A DNA stretch of 64,000 nt from Schizosaccharomyces osmophilus (Eukaryota): NCBI RefSeq assembly GCF_027921745.1, contig NC_079238.1, positions 3,782,001-3,846,000 on the forward strand, in the 5' to 3' direction. The stretch's first letter is position 1. Each line of letters opens with the position of its first letter. Both the position numbers and the translations under genes were made by a program. Positions 60,322 through 64,000 of this stretch are shown piece by piece. The notes under the pieces are model-generated. The model had not been told where the DNA came from. It saw only the letters and a list, made by a program, of their open reading frames with translations, and ran no database searches.

Positions 60322-61430
60322 TCAAACTTGTAATGAGTAGAGTAATTTGCAAAATGAAATTAAAAGGTGGATTGAATTCAATCGCCAGAGGAAGGTTAAT
60401 GAAACATAGAATGCCAACTGTTCGTAAACAAACTCTAAAAAGATGGATAGGAGTTGAAAGCAAACCGAAAACGTTTGCGGAACACAAGAGACAGAAAATT
60501 CAGCAAATGAATGCTTAAAAAAAAGTGACAAAGATGCAGTTATCGAAATCGAAAAATGAGAGGAAGGCTCTAGGTGAAAAACAACAAGCGATTCCTTATT
60601 AAACTGCTTCTTTATAGTTAGAATAAGATATTACTTCGAATAGAAAGTAGAGGATAACTCCTTGCTTTCTTTTTTTTTCGTATTTCTTCTTCTCTTACTT
60701 CAAGTGTGAAGAAGGTATGGATAAGGGTGTGTTGTAGGCATCAAGCAGGATGCCTTCAAGGTAACCAAAACACAAGGCGGGTGCAGTTAGAAGCAAATGA
60801 AGTAAAAAGTTAATACAATATATGAATCGACTTTAATTTGACTCTTGAGATCGTAATCCTTGACATGCTAGTTGGACAAACTTCATTCTCGTCGGATCCA
60901 TTCGAAATGTCGTTTAGTCCGCAAGGATATTTATTGAGTATAAGAGTATAAAAGGAAAAAACAAATCAAAAATTACATTAGTTATGAATTTTTGTATTCA
61001 AAAGAACAGGACAATCGTTGATCAATGTCATGAAACTATGCTGACTCAATCATGCCTTGTCTAAAGCCCCAAGTATATGAACGGTAACTCGTAATCAATA
61101 TCACTTCTGGAAATGCATACTCTTTCCAAATCCTATCCTATGAAAGTACCAATCTTGTCTTGCATATTCAACCCTTTGTTTCACAAGGGAAATGATTTTC
61201 CTCTATATTTTGACGATGCAATATTTTCCAAAAGGTTCTCCAAATGGACTTCTTTAATGCGAATACAACAAAGCAAACCTAATAAACAAGAAACTCTTCC
61301 AACTTTTTATTTAATTTTATTTTATTTTGTATACCAATTGTTTATTTATTAACGAATGCATTAGAGGCCCAAGGAGACATGACCAACAGGAAATGCAGCT
61401 TTAAGGAAGCTGAGAGTATTCTATCCTAAG

Positions 61431-61458
61431 GTCGAACGACAGGACAAAGTCGTGCGAT
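61431..61458 (+). promoter_or_regulatory. Tandem Sre1 (SREBP) response elements upstream of hem13
   Basis: GTCGAACGAC (61431-61440) and GTCGTGCGAT (61449-61458) fit the recalled fission-yeast SRE consensus RYCDNNYBAY. They lie about 40 bp upstream of TATAAA; hem13 is a known hypoxic Sre1 target in S. pombe. Confidence 0.6.
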
Positions 61459-61698
61459 TTTATTAAAAAGGTGATTTTTGAGATCTTTTTTTTTGAATAT
61501 AAAGCACCCTAGCCCATACGTAGAATCAAACTGCTCAAGTCTACATCTGTTCATAAAGAATTCTCACAAAGGTAAGAAGTTTACCTTTAACAAAATTGCA
61601 TCTGTGCCTTGACGAATTTGGTTAAAAAGCATTCAAGTAAAGGGAAATAAAAAAAAAACTGCTCTTGTTTAGTTTCATTATAATTTTCGTTCAACAAC

Positions 61699-62640
61699 AT
61701 GGCACCCTTAATTCAGGTCGAAGCAACCGGTAAACGTATGGAAGAACTAATCCTCGACGTCCAACAAAAAATCGTTGCTGGACTCGAAGCCATCGATGGT
61801 CAAAAATTTTACCAAGACAGATGGACCAAAGGGGAGGGCGGTTACGGGATTTCTTGTGTGATTCAAGAAGGAAATGTATTTGAAAAGGGTGGTGTAAACA
61901 CTAGTATCGTCCAAGGCGTTTTAAGTCAAGATGCTGTGCAAAGAATGAGAACCAACCATGACGGTATTGACCGCACTGCCAAAGAATTGCCCTTCTTTGC
62001 TGCCGGTATTAGTATGGTTATCCACCCAAGCAATCCTATGGCGCCTACCACGCATCTGAATTACCGTTATTTTGAATTAGTCAACAGCGACGGAAAAAAG
62101 ACTTGGTGGTTCGGAGGTGGTGCCGACTTGACTCCTAGTGTTCTTTTTGAGGAAGATGCTAGACATTTCCATAAATTACACAAAGAAGCCTGTGATCGCC
62201 ATGATCCTACCTTTTATCCTCGTTTCAAAAAGTGGGCAGACGACTATTTTCTCATTAAGCACAGAAAAGAAACTCGCGGTATCGGCGGTATCTTCTTTGA
62301 TGACTTATCCGATAAAGACCCTGAAAATCTGTTTGCTTTTATCAAAGATTGTGCTTACACCTTCCTTCCTTCCTACATCCCTATCATGAAAAAGAGAAAG
62401 GACATGGAGTTCACCGAAGACGACAAGGAGTTCCAACTCATTCGCCGTGGATTCTACACCGAGTTTAATGTCATGTATGATCGTGGAACATGGTTTGGCC
62501 TTCAAGCTCCAAATCCACGGGTCGAATCTATCCTTATGACACTTCCTCTACACGCTTCTTGGCGCTACAATTATCAGCCCAAGGAAGAGCGCCATAAGGC
62601 TTTAATAGAGGCAACCCATCATCCTGTTGAGTGGGCCTAA
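61699..62640 (+). CDS. hem13: Coproporphyrinogen III oxidase Hem13
   Basis: [46 protein letters not shown] and [16 protein letters not shown] motifs. Confidence 0.97.
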   Translation: MAPLIQVEATGKRMEELILDVQQKIVAGLEAIDGQKFYQDRWTKGEGGYGISCVIQEGNVFEKGGVNTSIVQGVLSQDAVQRMRTNHDGIDRTAKELPFFAAGISMVIHPSNPMAPTTHLNYRYFELVNSDGKKTWWFGGGADLTPSVLFEEDARHFHKLHKEACDRHDPTFYPRFKKWADDYFLIKHRKETRGIGGIFFDDLSDKDPENLFAFIKDCAYTFLPSYIPIMKKRKDMEFTEDDKEFQLIRRGFYTEFNVMYDRGTWFGLQAPNPRVESILMTLPLHASWRYNYQPKEERHKALIEATHHPVEWA

Positions 62641-63183
62641 AAACACTTCCTCCCATGTTATTCTTTCATCCTTCATGAACTGTCCACCTTCAAACCCTTT
62701 TCATTCTTCATCATAAAAAAAAAAAAAAAAAAAAAAATTCACTATGATTTTATCACCTGCTTGTTTCTTTTTTTTTTGTCCTTTTATTTCCTTCCCGTCT
62801 TTTGAATAATTCTACCTTTGCGTTTGTTTTAATGAATTTAACAATTAACCAAGCTTCCTGTCGTAGCTTTTATTCGTTTTAGTTTTTGTAAGCGTGTTAG
62901 AGTCTTGTCTTTCCTAGCTTTCGTAAACCTTGGCCTTACTTCAAACATAGTAGTAATTTCTCCCTCTGTTGTAATATCAGTTTAAATTGCAGAATTCTTT
63001 AAATAACAAAGAAAGTGTATAACACGCTCAGACATGTTATTTTTCGGATGCTATCGAAATAAATACTAAGGACTGAAAGAGTTATATAGGTCGTAAACTT
63101 CCCTAATTCCAACTGGGAGATGGGAGATAAAAGATGAAACAGCACTATAAGAAAGATGTCTTCTAGAAGCTGTGATACATGGT

Positions 63184-63482
63184 TCAATCCATAAATTTTT
63201 TGCAATCAAAGCTAGGTGGTCGATTTGGGTCTGCCGATAATGTGCATATATACCTGAATTTAAAAGTCAGTATTCAAACATTGCATGATAATTTCAACAA
63301 ACATACCCTAAAGATTGAAGTGTTGAGAATAACTGGGTCTCTAAACCTCCCAGTTCGACGCAATTCAACTGGTTTGTCTCACTCACTCGACAGACCTTTT
63401 TCGTGTCATTCTGTAGCCCTTCAACGAAAACTCGTTCTCCTTCTTTTGAATTTTCTAAAAATCCTCGCAATGTATTCTCCAT
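63184..63482 (-). CDS. 81-aa uncharacterised protein; 2 exons (probably the SPAC222.17-like conserved fungal protein)
   Basis: Intron 63254-63306 (GTATGT...CTGAC...CAG) gives MENTLRGFLENSKEGERVFVEGLQNDTKKVCRVSETNQLNCVELGGLETQLFSTLQSLGYICTLSADPNRPPSFDCKKFMD. The start context is AAAATG. Confidence 0.7.
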
Positions 63483-64000
63483 TTTCCGTTTCTTCGTTTT
63501 ACAGTTTCTTAAAGGCTTACGTGGAAAAGGTAAGAAACTCCGCTGATAACTACTGTAGTAATTGCTCCTAAGTACAGCAAGCCACCTTGACGTTTTCTCC
63601 CGAAACATCAATCGTCCTTTACTTTCCTCATTATATTTATGCATTCTATTTATAAACATAGCAAAAATAATGCTATTCACTACATTTTCTTTCAAAGCAA
63701 TGTTTAAACTACTACATTTCGTATTACTAACACGCTACTTAAAACAGAATTCTCTGAGAACAAGTATTATTTTTTAATACTCTAATAGCAGAGAAAAAAG
63801 CATTATAACTGTCTGCTGCTGATGAGAAGAGGAAGGATAGTTAAAAAGTATAATCAAAGTCAGATATCTGTTAAAAAGATAGAATGTCATCAGACGTTAG
63901 TTTATTAATTTGATCAACAAGGACATATCGTGATACGCCTAGTTGGTAAATGAGCGTGGGCATAAGCATAATAAACATACAAATGGAATACTTTACAGTT

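Noticed and set aside
58285..62737. Poly(A) runs at about 58285-58300 and 62715-62737 as retroposon tails
   Set aside because: No TSDs or adjacent retrocopy; these are ordinary homopolymer tracts in 3' regions.
62999..63777. Overlapping ORF-track calls (68, 130, 133 and 71 aa) at the window end
   Set aside because: Better explained by the spliced 81-aa gene at 63184-63482; the rest appear spurious.
1..64000. CRISPR arrays, intact transposons, prophage or defence systems
   Set aside because: Eukaryotic housekeeping region with no repeat-spacer arrays and no transposase, RT or integrase ORFs.

Overview
Gene-dense fungal euchromatin from a fission yeast. The proteins resemble those of S. pombe and lie in the same order as its chromosome I SPAC22H12.05c-SPAC1687-SPAC222 block. 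They are diverged enough to suggest the S. octosporus/cryophilus/osmophilus clade, but the species cannot be fixed from sequence alone. I reconstruct 33 protein-coding genes with 42 spliceosomal introns, plus one tRNA-Glu(TTC) and the U2 snRNA gene. Gene names come from recalled similarity and synteny, not from a database search. There is no CRISPR array, intact transposon or prokaryotic system. The most interesting signals are at the RNA level. (1) Every reconstructed intron longer than about 90 nt contains inverted repeats between the 5' splice site and the branch point; the tim10 intron appears almost fully folded into a multibranch structure. (2) The seb1 leader and intron 1 are rich in Seb1's own UGUA motif, and the intron contains an early stop, suggesting autoregulation. 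(3) A canonical Pumilio element lies in the puf3 3' UTR. (4) The last ssl3 intron has a duplicated branch-point/acceptor unit. All four are hypotheses from manual inspection; no folding or searches were run.
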